Shown here: positions 37,111 to 50,150 of the stretch, piece after piece
How the letters are laid out: each line of letters begins with the position of its first letter
How positions within the stretch are numbered: position 1 is the first letter of the stretch
Source: Ginglymostoma cirratum
Taxonomy: Eukaryota
Assembly (NCBI GenBank): GCA_024137785.1
Contig: JAHRHZ010000139.1
Location: forward strand, 35,828,196-35,892,195
Length of the DNA: 64,000 nucleotides
Direction of reading: 5' to 3'
Notes under the pieces: generated by a model
The model's input: only the letters and a program-made list of their open reading frames with translations
Database searches by the model: none
What the model was told of the DNA's origin: nothing
Translations under genes and position numbers: made by a program

Positions 37111-40100
37111 TGACATAACTCCACAGAGTCCAGTATCCTGTCACTAAGTCACCCTTTACTTACATGTGGAAAGTCCTTGACACTGGTCCAGCTCACTCAG
37201 AGCCAGCCCTCAGTGTCAATGTTTTTATCTGTCAGCTAGGGTGCCCTAAGTAGGCCAGATTAACAGCCCCAGTCAGGGAACTCATATTCTATGAGGTCCA
37301 CCTTGCTGAACTTGTTACAGTCCCTACATCCCACCTTCTGAGTCCGAACACATAGTCGGCTCCTTTTGCTTGAAGTGCCTCCTGGGGTGTTTTAGCACCA
37401 GGTCAGGTTCCTCCAACTCTGTCGGATACAGGTGGCATGTAATGCACAGAAACTCTCCCCTTGCACCCAGAGGGTCTCGGGAGAAATTCACTCTCTTCTT
37501 CCGATGGCAAATGTGTCGATGCAGCAAGATCTGCCATGTCCATTTCAGATTCAGCGGTCTTTTCAACGCTTGACGGAGATGGAAAACCCACAGGTTCCAA
37601 TAACCTTTCTGACTGTTCTGGGGAGCAGGGCATATTTTGCTCCCGCACCGTGTGCATGTTCGTGGCTTTCAGATAGTCCACTGGCTTGTTCAGGACCATG
37701 ACTCCTATCCAAACTTTATACGTGACTGCCTGACATTGCAGCGACCATATCTCTTACACATGCACGGCCATTTCCGTGGTTCCTACAGCCGACTTTGTCC
37801 CCTGTACTAAACTGTCTCACTTGACAGAGTCTGTCTTCTGGCACTGGTGTTCCTGATGCCATTTCACCTCCCCAACACCCAGGTCCAGGAAGATCAGATT
37901 TAACCTGGTGCAGAGTCTTCTCCCCATTAACAATTCTGCTGGAGCTATCCCTGTAGTTGCAGGAGGAGTGGTCCTGTAACCAAACAGGAACCAGGACAGT
38001 TTGCTATGTAGTGAGGCTGTAGGCTGTTTCTTCAAACGTGCCTTCAAAATTTGGACTGCTCTTTCAGCTAGGCCATTAGGTGATGGATGGTTTGGAGTTG
38101 TCTTTATATGTCGAATCCCATTAGACGTTGGGAAATACTCAAATCCCCTGCTGGTAAATGATGAGTCACTAGCTAGACAAACACTTCCGAGAGTCCGTGT
38201 ATTGCAAAGATGCGCACAGTTTTTCTATTGTCAGTCCCATGTTTGACGAATGAACTTCATTCATGTTCGGCCACTTTGAGTGGGTGTCCACAATGACTAA
38301 GAACATTGAGCCTATCAAACAGCCTGCAAAGTGAATGTGTCACCAAGTCCAGGATTTGCCAGGCCATTCCCAGTTGTGGGCGAATTGCTGGCAGTACTTT
38401 TTGTCCTTGTTGGCACTCTGGGAACTGCCGCACCAATGCAGCAATGTCTTCATCCAAACCTGGCCACTGGACATAATTTCTTGCCAACATTTTCATTTTG
38501 GAAACCCAGCCATTATCTGGCAGCAACATTTGCTCAGGAAAATTACTCTTGCTCCCCATAATGACATGCTGCTCTCTCCTGTGATCTGGTCTCTCTGAGT
38601 CTGAAAAGCTTTTAATTCTGGTTGTGCTGGCCCTTTGGTTTCCCCACTCACCACCTGCTGTTTCAGTTTTGCCAGGACCGGATCTTTCTTCTAAAGTCGA
38701 ATATTATCAGCTGGGACTGGAAGTGTATCCACAAAATTTAAAACCATTACAGACTCTTCCAGTGGTGGTACCACCGGTTGTGTATCCACCAGCGTGAGGC
38801 AGCTCAATGCTTCCACATTTGCTACTTGACCTCCGGACAGTATTCCAACCTGTAATTATACACACTTAGTATTAGAGCCCACTGCTGATATCAACCTGAG
38901 GCTATGGACAGCATTGCCTTGTCCTCTTTAAGTAGACCCAGCAGGGGGTTGTGGTCCATCATTATTACAAATTCATATCTGGGTATATTTATCTCTGCAT
39001 TAGCCAAAGTCCTGGATACATACACTATTGGGCGTTCCTCTCCATTGGGCTGCCAATGAGCTAATGCTACCCCATTGCCATATGGGAGTCATCGCATGTC
39101 AATACCAGATCTCGCTTGGGATCATACTGTGCCAAACCTTGGAGGATGATAACTGTTTCTTCACTTCCCTTGAAGCTATGGCTTGGCTACGTGACTATTT
39201 CCAAGGGTGACCTTTTTTTAGTTGATATAAAGGTGCCAGGATGGAGCCCAGGTTATGTATGAACTTTGCATCATAATTCACCAGCTCAAGGAAAGATCTA
39301 AGCCCTGGTAAAGATGTAGGAGCTGAGTCACCATTGATCGCCCTCACTTTATCTTCCAACAGGCTGTAACCCAGTCTTGTCAATTCTGCAGCCCAAGTAG
39401 GTCACTTGAGGTGCCTGGAACACATTCTTGCCTCCTTAGGTGTATGCCTGCCTGGGAGAACCCTTTAGCACTATGTCCAAGTTTTATAAGTGCTCCTTAT
39501 TGGTCTTCCCTGTTATTAGCATACCATTGAGATAAATGGCAACCTGGTGTAAACCTTGTAAAATGTTCTCCATCTGCTGAAAAATTGCACAGGGTGACAA
39601 TACCCTAAATGGCAGTCTCGTATGTTGGTACAAACTCTTAGGGTATTAATTGTAGCATACTTCTGGGAATCCTCATCTAACCGTAACTGCAAGCACGCAT
39701 GACTAATATCCACCTTTGTGAAGCACAGCCCCCCTGCCAGCTTTGTGTATTAATCTTCTATGCAAGGGATTCTGCATTTATCCAGCTGCAAATAGCGAGT
39801 TACAGTTTGTTTAAAATCCCCACATAGGTGAACCGACCTGATTTGCTTCCCATTGCATAAACTGGGCTGGTTTGATGATTCCTTCATTTTCCAAGCTTCT
39901 GATTAAAGCAAATAACTCTGGGCAGGTCTTGCAGAATCATGGAATTGCTTTCTGGTCAACATGCAAGGTGGCCTGGGCTCCTTCAATAGTCTCTAGACCT
40001 TCCTGAAAGACTTTTAGGTGTTTACTTAGGACTTCATTCAGGCAGCTATTTTCTAATCAAAAAAATATTGAGCCAATCTGGGTGACTCTCTCTCATCTAA

Positions 40101-41882
40101 TTTCACCCCATCCAGCTTGGCCCTGAGCCTTTTACTACAATCACTGGTAACTGAACCTTCTGCTTCTCACATGAGACTGGAACTGAAGTTGTACCCTTAA
40201 TCTATAAAGGTTCCCTGGAATAGAGTCTCAGTCTAGCTGAGGTCTTGCGCAATCATTAGAGTCCAGAGCGAACTTTGTAAAAGACTGGCTCTGCAATTAC
40301 CGTTATGGCCACACCACTATTGACCTCCATTACAACTGGATGACCATTTAACCAGATATTTATTTTGATTGGTTCTGATTTGGATGTTGCTAAGCAATTT
40401 AACCGTTCCAAACCAGATATAGGTGGGTTTTCCAAGGTGTGCGCTCTCCTGAATACCAGCCTATGAGGTCTCTTAGTCAATTTAGGTCTAGTGGGACTCC
40501 TTTGCTGTCTCAAGTCAGCAATAGCGGCAGCAACTATAAATGGCTTGCCGGCCCGAACCCCGAAGAAAAAAATTTAACTGTTATGCAGTTATAGAGTCTC
40601 TCCACCACTTCAACTGGGACAACACCAAAATCCTGGGACAGGCTCGGCAGAGACAGGCACGAGAAGTCCTAGAAGCATGGCACTCCACGGAGCATGCTAT
40701 TAATAAACGCATTGAACTCGACCCCATATACATTCCACTACGAAGGAAAACCGGAAGTGAGGCAATCCATCTCAAGGGACCCCAGAGTTTCAAAATCAGG
40801 TGGGAAAACACACCGACGCTTCAGAGGCTGCACTGAGGATGTTACCAAGCATGGTAACAAAATGTCTGCCAAACAACAAACCAGCTCAGTGAGCCAACCA
40901 ACCTTAACACCCACAACCCGAGCTACAGATCTACTCCAAAAACCTTACAGAGTCTCTCTGTTCAGGATACGTCCTGAGTGAAGCTATGCAATTCCCTTCA
41001 CTCACATGGAGTTCCCCAAGCTCTGTCGGACTGGCGAGGGGTGTCCATTTCCATCGGAATGCCCTGTACTCCTATGCTCCACTTGCTACATTTTCCCTAC
41101 GATAAAGCCAGTTGTAGTGCCTGGTTGAGGTCCAGTTGGGCTTCAGCCACTAGGCGCTTTTGCATGATTACATCATTATTCCTGCATACTAAACGGTCTC
41201 TCAACATCTCACTAAGGGTTAAACCAAAGTCACATGCCCCTGCCAGTCATCTTAACTATGTCAAAAATTCCAATACGGATTCACCTGGCTCTCGAAATGC
41301 CATGTAAAACTATCAGCATCTCAGAATTAGGGGAGACTTGGGGTCACAATATTCCTTAACTAAATCCGTCAACTCTTGAAAGGTTTTAGTATCTGGCGCC
41401 TCAGGAAAAGTTAAGCTCCTAATAAATGAAAAAGCTGTAGGTCCACAAGCTGTCAGGAGAATTACTTGTTGCTTTCCATCTGCCCCAATGTCATTTTCCT
41501 GGGAGAAATAATGCATTCTTTCCACATACTGGGCCCAGTCTTTGGCAGAATTGAATGAATCAAGCTTCCCAAATAATGGCCTGATGCCAGAAATGCTTAC
41601 CCCCAATGCAAAGCCAACTGTTGCAAGCAGGTTTCTTCAGAAACATGCTTTATTCTTGTCACCACTGAAATAACTCCACAAAGGCCAGTATCCCATCACC
41701 AAGTCACTTTATTTACACTTGGAAAGTCCTTGACACTGGACCAGTTCCCTCAGAGCCAACTCGGAGTGTCAGAAAGTCTGACAGTCTACTTTTTATCTGT
41801 CAGCCATGGCTCCCTGATTGGACCAGATTAACGGCCCCAATCTGGGAACTCCTATGTGGTTCACCTGGCTGACGTCATTACA
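37111..41882 (-). mobile_element. Decayed full-length Ty3/Gypsy LTR retrotransposon (Mag/K02A2.6-like)
   Basis: LTRs 41666-41882 and 37111-37319 (TG..CA). PBS tggtgacaagaat resembles TGGCGACGAGGAT (tRNA-Ser GCU). PPT gaaggtgggatgtaggga. Gag (LFGKLDSF..DWAQYVERM), protease (LNGHPVVMEVNSGVAITVI), RT/RNase H fragments, integrase (KMKMLARNYVQWPGLD..CQQ; YRTTPPATTGIAPAELLMGRRL). No clear TSD. Confidence 0.9.
40603..40944 (+). mobile_element. PLE family-2 3' fragment inserted in Gypsy gag, with decayed hammerhead (40833-40866)
   Basis: HHFNWDNTKILGQARQRQAREVLEAWHS. Motif CUGAGGA-U-GUUACC-aagcau-GGUAAC-AAAA-UG-UC. TSD ttatagagtctctc (40589-40602) / ttacagagtctctc (40945-40958). Confidence 0.85.
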
Positions 41883-43258
41883 ATCACTACAATTCGCACT
41901 CCACAGCCATTTTCCCAGATGTGGGAGAGGATGCAGGGGTAGAATTTATTCCATACATTGGGGGTCTTACTATCAATACTACCAACACTAAACGACAAGC
42001 CACCCCCACCTCACTCCTGCCACCTGTGGAGAAATAGTGGGAGCCCCTTTTTTTGCCAGTTGCATGGAAATCTTGCCCCAAGAGTTAGCAGTTAAATGGA
42101 GGCTGGTCGCTCTCCAGTACCAGCAGCATTACTGGAACAATGTTTATGCTTTTAGTCATACTCTGAGATTTTATGGACCATCGGTGGCTTTCTGGAGGTT
42201 GAACAGGATGGTGATTGCATGTAGTGGATGGCTTATGAGGGAGATCAAATGCAAGGACAGGGTAAACACTAGTGATAGGAAATTTAAACTGTTGCAATCA
42301 CTAAGGAATGAGTACTGGGGGAAACTATTATAACTAAAGGCTGACAGTGCCCTAGAACTGATGGCCTGCATTCTATTGTCTTTTAAGAAGTGGCTGCAAA
42401 GTGAGTAGATACATTGGTTATGATCTCCCAAATTTCCCTAAATTCTGGAAAGATCCTGGCAAATTGGAAGATCACAGGGATCACATCTCTAATCGAGAAA
42501 AGAGGGTGACAGAACTCAAGATCCTACATTGCCAGACAGCACAGCTTTTGTCAAAAGGAAAATGCTCAAATCCGTTATAAATTCCGACAGAGCCAACCTA
42601 GTTTTGTGCAAGAGGAATCATGTTTAACTAACTTATTGGCATCCTTTAAAAAGGGAACACACAAGGTGGATAAAGGACAGCCTGTAGATGTGGTGTATTT
42701 TCAAAAGGCACTTGACAATGTGCCACATCAAAGGTTATTGCACAAAATAAGAATTCATGGTATAGAAGAATGGTTGGGAAAGAGGGAGATAAGAGTTGGG
42801 TGGCAAGCTGTAACTAGTACAGTGTTACAGAGATTAGTGTTGGGCTTCACTATTTATGGTGTATATTAATGGCTTTGATGAAGGGACCAAATGTGCAGTG
42901 GCTAATTTCACTGATGACAGACTGACAGGCAGAAAAGTAGGGTAAGCAGTCAAAATGAGACAAAGAGTGTACAAGACGATCCAATAGATTAATTGTGTGG
43001 ATAAAAATTTGGCAGATGAAGTAACATGAGTGTTAATGTGAACTTGTCGACTTTTGCAGGAAGGATAAATTAGCATTTTATATATTTAAATGAAGAGAGA
43101 TTGCAAACCACTATGGTGCAAAGAGATTGGGTGTCCTGGTACAGAAATCACAAGATGATAACATGAAGGTGCAGCAAGTTGATAAAGACAACAAGTGGAA
43201 TGTTGATGTTCATGAAAAGGGTATCAAGTTTAAATGTAGAGACGTGTTGCTATAATTT

Positions 43259-46200
43259 GTGGGTAGGCGATGGCCTAGTGATATGTACTAGTGGTATTAT
43301 TGCTAGACTATAATCCAGAAACCCAATTAATGTTCTGGGGACTGGGGTTCAAATCCCACCACGGCAGAGTTGGAATTTGAATTCAATAAAAAAAAGTCTG
43401 GAATTAAGAATCTACTGATTACCATGAAACCATTGTCGATTTTCAGGAAAAACCCATGTGGCCCACTAATGTCCTTCAGGGAAGGAAATCTGCCATCCTC
43501 ACGTGGTGTGGCCTACATGTGACTCCAGACCCACAGCAATGTGCTTGACCCTCAATTGCCCTCTGAAATGGCCTAGCAAGCCATTCAATTGTAACAATCA
43601 CTACAAATTCTCAGAGAAATGAAGCTGGACATGTCATGTGGCATCAAGTGAAGCACCGGAAAAGACAATGGCAGAAACAGCCCGGTTGACCCTGCAAAGT
43701 CCTCCTCACTAACATCCGGGGGCTAGTGCCAAAATTGGGACAGCTGTCTCACAGACTCTTCAAGCAACTGCCTGATGTAGTGATAGTCACAGAATCATAC
43801 CTTACAATTTCCCAGACACCACCATCACCATCCCTGGATATGTCCTGTGCTGCCAGCAGGACAGACCCAGCAGAGTTGGCACACAGTGGTATACAGTTGG
43901 GATGGTGTTGTCCTGGGATTCCTCAACATTGACTCCAGACCCCATGAAGTCTCATGGCTTCAGGTTAAGCATGGGCAAGGAAACATGTTGCTGAATATCA
44001 GATACCTTCCTCCCTCAGCTGATGAATCCGTACTCCTCCAGGATGAATAACACTTAGAGGAAGCACTGAGGATGGCAAGGGCACAAAATGTACTCTGGGT
44101 GGGGAATTTCAATGCCCACCACCAAGAGTGGCTCAACAGCAGTACTACTGATCGAGCTGGTCGGGTCCTAAAGGACATAGCTGTTAGACTGGGTCTGCAG
44201 CAGGTGATGAGAGAACCAACAAGAGAGAAAAACATACTTGACCTCATTCTTACTAATCTGTCAGCTGCAGAAGCATCTGTCCATGACCGTATCGGTAAGA
44301 GTGACCATCGCACAGTCCTTGTGGAGACAAAGTCCCACATTCACATTGAGAACAGCCTCCATCATGTTGTGTGGCACTATCACCGTGCTAAATGCGACAG
44401 ACTTCACGCAGATCTAGCAACTCAAGACTGGGCATCCATGAGGTGCTGTGGGCCATCAACAGCGCAGAATTATACCCCAGCACAATCTGTAACATCATGG
44501 CCCGGCATATCACCCACTCAACCATTACCATCAAGCCAGGGGATCAAACCCAGGCAGTTCAATTGAGAGTGCAGGAGGGCATGCCAGGATCAGCATGAGG
44601 CATATCTAAAATTGAGGTCTCAAGCTGGTGAAGCGACCAAAGAGGACTACTTCCATGCCAAACAGCAAATGCAGCAAGTGATAGACAGAGCTAAGTGATC
44701 CCACAACCAATGGATCAGATCTAAGCTCTGCAATCCTGCCACATCCAGTCATGAATGGTGGTGGACAATTAAACAACTCACTGGAGGAGGAGGATCCACA
44801 AATATCCCCATCCCCACTGATGGAAGAGCCCAGCACATCAGTGCAAAAGGTAAAGCTGAAGCATTTGCAGCAATCTTCAGCCAGAAGTGCCAAGTGGATG
44901 ATCCATCTCGGTCTCCTCCAATGGTCTCCAGCATTACAAATACCAGTCTTCAGCCAATTCAATTCACTCCACGTGTTATCCAGAAACGGTTAGAGACATT
45001 GGATACTGCAAAGGCTACAGGCCTTGACAAAATTCCGGCAATAGTACTGAAGACTTGTGCTTCAGAACTTTCTGCTCCCCTAGCCATACTGTTCCAGTAC
45101 AGTTACAACAATGGTATCGACTCAACAATGTGGAAAATTGCCCAAGTATGTTCTCTACACAAAAAGCAGGACAAGTCCAACCTGGCCAATTACCACCCCA
45201 TCGGTCTACTGTCGATCATCAGTAAAGTGATGGAAGTTGTCATCAAACAGTGCTGTTGAGTTTCCCCTACTCGGCAATAACCTGCTCAGTGATGCCTAGT
45301 TTGGGTTCCGCCAGGGCCGCTCAGCTCCTGACCTCATGACAATGTTGGTTCAAACATGGACAAAAGAGCTGAATTCCAGACTGAGGTGAGAGTGACAGTC
45401 CTTAACATCAAGGTTGCATTCGACCAAGTGTGGCATCAAGGAACCCTGGCGAAACTGGAATTGATGAGTATCAGAGGGAAAACTCTCCACCAGTTGGAGT
45501 CATAGCTGACACATAGGAAGATGGTCATGGTTGTTGGAGGTCCGTCATCTCAGCTCCAGGACAGCTCTTCAAGAGTTCCTCAGGGTAATGTCCTCAGCCC
45601 AACCATCTTCAGCTGCTTCATCAATGACCTTCCCTCCATCACAAGGTCAGAGGTGGGGATGTTCAGCGCCATTCATGTCTCCTCAGATACTGAAGCAGTC
45701 CATGTTCAAATGCAACAAGTTCAGGAAAATATCCAGGCTTGGGCTGACAAGTGGCAAGTGACATTTGCACCACACAAATGCCAGGCTATGACCATTACAA
45801 ACAAGAGACAATCTATCTATCACCCCTTGACATTCAATGGTGTTACTGTCACTGAATCCCTCACCATTGACATCCTGGGGGTTATCATTGCCAGAAACTC
45901 AGTTGGACTCACCACATAAACACAATGACTACAAGAGCAGGCCAGAAGCTAGAAATACTGCGGGAAGGAAATCACCTCCTGTCTCCTCAAAGCCTCTCCA
46001 CCATCTACAGGGCACATGTCAGGAGTGTGATGGTATACTCCCCATATGCCTGGATGGGTGCAGCCCCAACAACACTCAAGAAGCTTGACACCATCCAGGA
46101 CAAAGCAGCCCTCTTGATTGGTACTGCATCCACTCTCTCCACCATCGATGCTCAGTAGCAGCAGTGTGTACTATCTGCAAGATGCACTGCAGAAATTCAC

Positions 46201-46530
46201 CAAAGAACCTCAGACAGCACCTTCCAAACCCATGACCACTTACATCTAGAAGGACAAGGGCAGCAGGTACATGGGAACACCATCACCTTCAAGTTCCCCT
46301 CCAAGCCACTCACCATCCTGACTTGGAAACATATCTCCATTCCTTCACTGTCACTGGGTCAAAATCCTGGAATTTCCTCGCTAATAGCATTGTGGGTCAA
46401 CCCACAGCAGGAGGAATGCAGTGGTTCAAGAAGGCAGCTCACCACCGCCTTCTCAAGGGCAACTAGGCATGGGCAAGAAATGCTGGCCAGCCAGCAACAC
46501 CCACATCCCACAAATGAATGTTTAAAAAAA
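43259..46530 (+). mobile_element. Full-length 3.3 kb CR1-group LINE with tRNA/Deu-SINE-like 5' end and a single APE-RT ORF (decayed)
   Basis: Box A 43271-43280 and box B 43346-43356. APE KVLLTNIRGL..PDVVIVTESYL from about 43696, plus VGNFNAHH and GKSDH. RT KATGLDKIP, VPQGNVLSPTIFSCFINDLP, WADKWQVTFAPHKC. SINE-like 3' tail and A-rich end. Confidence 0.88.
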
Positions 46531-46839
46531 ATTATACAGTATCATCATGAGACAGCTTCTGGAGTACTGAGTACAGTTTTAGTCTCCGGACGTAAGAAAT
46601 GTTGAAAATGGGAATGAAGCTGTTCAAAGAAGTTTCATACAACTCATTCCCAGGACGATGGGGTTGCTTATGAGGGCAGATTATACAATTTTCTTGTATC
46701 CATTAGAGTTTAGGAGAATGAGAGTTTATTTTATTGAAAAATATCTGATTCTGAGGAGACAGGGTGGATGTTAAGACGATGCTACTCTTGTACCCAACTC
46801 TGGAACTTAGGGACGTTGTTTAAAATTGAGGAGTTTCCC

Positions 46840-47725
46840 ATTGGTTACAAGAGCGGGACAGAGGTCAGGAACACTGACGCAAGTAACCCACCCCCCTGAG
46901 ACGCCACAGCCTGTCCACCATCAACAAGGAGTGTTGGAATATTCCCCACTTGCCTGCATGAGTTCACCTCCATCAACACTCAAGAAGCTTGACACCATTC
47001 AGGACAAATCAGCCTGCTTGAATGGCACCTTAGAATCATAGAATCCCTCTACAGCGGAAGCATGCCATTCAGTCCATCAAGTCCATACTGACCCTCCAAA
47101 GAGCATCCCACCTAGACCCATCCCCCTACTCAATCCCTGTAACCTTGCTTTTCCCACAGTCAATCAACATAACCTCCACATCTTTGGACTGTGGGAAGAA
47201 ACCATAAAACTCCGAGGAAACCAAAACAGACACAGGGAGAACATGCAAACTCCACACAGACAATCACCTAGGTCCCTAGCACTATGAGGCAGCAGTGCTA
47301 ACCACTCTGCCACTGTGACCCTCATTGACCACATTCACAAGCATCCATTCACTCCACCACTGACACTCAGTAGCTGCATTGTGTACAATCTATAAAATGC
47401 ACTGCAGAAATTTATCAAAGGTCTTTGGACAGCACCTTCCAAACCCACAATCATCTCCATCTCGAAGGACAATGGCAGAAGAAACACCAGAATCTGCAAG
47501 TTCCTCTCCAAGCCACTCACAATTCTGGCTTGGAAATATGTCACCATTCCTTCACTGTCACTGCGTCAAAATCCTAGAATTCCCTCCCTAAGGGCATTGT
47601 GGGTCAACCTACATCACATGCACTGCTGCAGTTCAAGAAGGCAGCTCACCGCCATCTTCTCTAGGATAAATAGTGACAGACAATAAATGCTGGCCAGCCA
47701 GCAACACCCATGACCCACAAGTGAA
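46840..47725 (+). mobile_element. 3' fragment of the same LINE family, split by an HE1 SINE
   Basis: LEYSPLACMSSPPSTLKKLDTIQDKSACL; tail matches about 46150-46520. Confidence 0.8.
47031..47320 (-). mobile_element. HE1-type V-SINE
   Basis: Minus strand gtggcagagtggttagcactgctgcctca...gagtttgcatgttctccc...cccacagtccaaagatgtg. Confidence 0.8.
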
Positions 47726-49246
47726 TTAGAAAAAAGGCAGAGATGAGGGTGATTTTGTTTTTCTCTTAGAGTCACTAGTCTATTGAATTCTCCTCCCCAG
47801 AGACCACCGGAGGCTGAGTCATTGAACCCATTCAATGCTGAGTTTGAAGAGTTCTCGATCGACAGGGGCGTCAAGAGTTAAAGGGGCAGGCTGGAAAGTA
47901 GAGTTTTATTAACAATCAGTCTAGTCATGATTGTATAGTATAGCCAAGTTGGCTCAGAAGTCTCAATGACCTACTCCAGATACTAATTCTTATGTTCTTA
48001 AGTGTTTCTTTTCAGCAGCTTAAAGCTTCCTCATGGTGGCTCTCTCAGTTGGGCACTGAATGCCTGATATTGACAGAATTCCCCACATTGAGGCCACGGG
48101 AAAACTCAACAGGGTTTGCTGCACAGCTTTCAGGAGGCACAGCAGACTCGTATGAGACCCAAAAAAAACCCCCAAGCCTTCATTGAACGCCAGTGGGTTC
48201 AGGGATAATTGGCTTTAAGTGGTCATTAATGAACGATTAACTGACAGTCTTCCATCAATTTGTGGGATTCCCACATCGAGACTTGGCTGAAATTCAGTAC
48301 AGCTTTCCTGCTGCCCAGGATCACGTGCCGATATTCCCACCAGATTTTCCTAGCACCCACCATCGTGCCTGCTCCAGTGGGCTCTACTAAACCTGTCCCC
48401 AGGTCTTTGAAGAGCAAAGTTGTCTATCATGCAGAAATAATGATAGTCCTGGAAATCTGTGCTATAACGTGTCCCTAATGGTCTCAACTCTATGAAATAT
48501 TGGCAAACACAATAATGATCCTGGTAGTTCTACAGGCCTTTCAGAAACTGCCATACCTGCCTCTGTTTGTTGTTCCTGCCAGACAAAATTAGCTCGGAAT
48601 GACCAGCTTATTTTGACGTCCACTATTTGTGTTGAACTGCTTAAAATTATCTGCAGAAAAACTGTGTACATCCAACATTCTGAAATCAGCATCAATAGCC
48701 TTTTTATTATCAGGAAGAAAATATGTCTATAAATTTTTAAAGAACGTTGACATCCAATTTAGCAAAATTTTCAAACAGGTTCAGCTGAAACTGAAAACTT
48801 TGCAGGAACAGAATGTTATGTCTGTGAAATCCATTTCTTTTTCAAACTGGTTCTAAGGATATTGACCAGGATTCTGCTAAAAGAATGTGGATCTCATCAT
48901 CAACTGTTCAATGCACAGTGAGGAAGCCTGTCAGTTCTGTGGAGAAGGCAAAATGGAAGTGCCTTTCAGAAAGTGAGTCAACACAGAATGCACAGTGTGG
49001 CTTGTGGGTGGGGTGGGGGAGTTGGAGGCAAGGGTACACAGAGGTGACTTTCAGCAAATTGCCTGATCATAAGGGACATCCCTAGAAATAGGACAGTAAA
49101 TCCAACAAGCCATACGTGACCTCCATTTAATCCCTGAGGTACGACTGAATTGCTTTGGGCCAATGGATGTTAATTAACTCATTAACAAACTAAATCCTGT
49201 TGTCAGCCTCTGAGAACCCCACATCTGCCCCTTTCATTCTTTGACT

Positions 49247-49603
49247 GGTGGTGCAGTGGCTCAGTGGTTAGCACTGCTGCCTCACAATGCCAGGGACCTG
49301 TGTACAATTCCGGCCTTGGGTGACTGTCTGCATGGAGTTTAATGGTTTCTGTGTCCTCGTGGGTTTCCTCCAGGTGCTTCAGTTACCTCCCACAGTCCAA
49401 AAATCTGCACATTAGGTGGATTGGCCATGCTAAATTTCCCATAGAGTCCAGGGATGTGCAGGCTAGGTCAATTAGCGATGGGAAACGCACGGTTACAGTT
49501 ATAGGGTTGAAGGCTAGATTTGGGTGGGATGCTCATCAGAGGGTCAATGCAGACTTGATGGGCCCAATACATCTTTTAACACTGTAGGGGTGCAATGATT
49601 CTA
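49247..49603 (+). mobile_element. HE1-type V-SINE
   Basis: tRNA head gtggctcagtggttagcactgctgcctcac, V-domain cccacagtccaaaa..ttaggtggattggccatgctaaatt, and a CR1-like tail. Confidence 0.85.
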
Positions 49604-49939
49604 CAACTGAATCAAGGAGATTGATGTGGGTCCTTTCGTGATCGATTTATCCCAGCTGCTGTGTTTCCCACTGCAAGTGGGCTGCAATACGTCGGTCCCA
49701 TTGATATGAGTATTAGTTGCTGTGTTTTCAGAAACATATACAATCAATGGCAGATATAGTGACACAAATACACTGTACTTGGCTCGTCCGATTTTCCCAC
49801 TCATGATTGGCAGGAGTACTCATCACTATCAAGATATCCCAGGACCCCTGGGGCCCAATGCTACATCTAAAAGGCTGTTCTGACCCCTAGTAAAGCACTG
49901 GCAGTCTGGAGATGCCCTGCACAATTGGCGACATTTTCC

Positions 49940-50150
49940 CCCGAAATGGAAGATAAGGGGAAATTGGCACTCCACAACGTAGACAGGGACTTAGAGGTCC
50001 TGGTGGAAAGGGTGGTGCAGAGGAGGGAGGCCTCATTGTCCCCACCAGCACAGGATGCCAGATACCAAACACAGCCAGTGGAGACTCAATCATGCAGAGG
50101 AATGCCCAAAAGTGTAGGAAGAATACCAATGATCTTCTCCACTCTGTGGA
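49940..50150 (+). mobile_element. Harbinger-like Myb/SANT remnant
   Basis: MEDKGKLALHNVDRDLEVLVERVVQRREA; homologous to 2200-2480. Confidence 0.5.

Larger units (their letters stand above)
42200..48000 (+). mobile_element. Decayed CR1 host LINE (pieces about 42200-43258, 46531-46825, 47730-48000) split by younger inserts
   Basis: EESCLTNLLASFKKGTHKVDKGQPVDVVYFQKALDNVPHQRLLHK. Host sequence resumes colinearly after each insert. Confidence 0.7.

Noticed and set aside
43259-43360. tRNA gene-like A/B boxes (also at the HE1 SINE heads)
   Set aside because: No complete cloverleaf; these are SINE/LINE heads.
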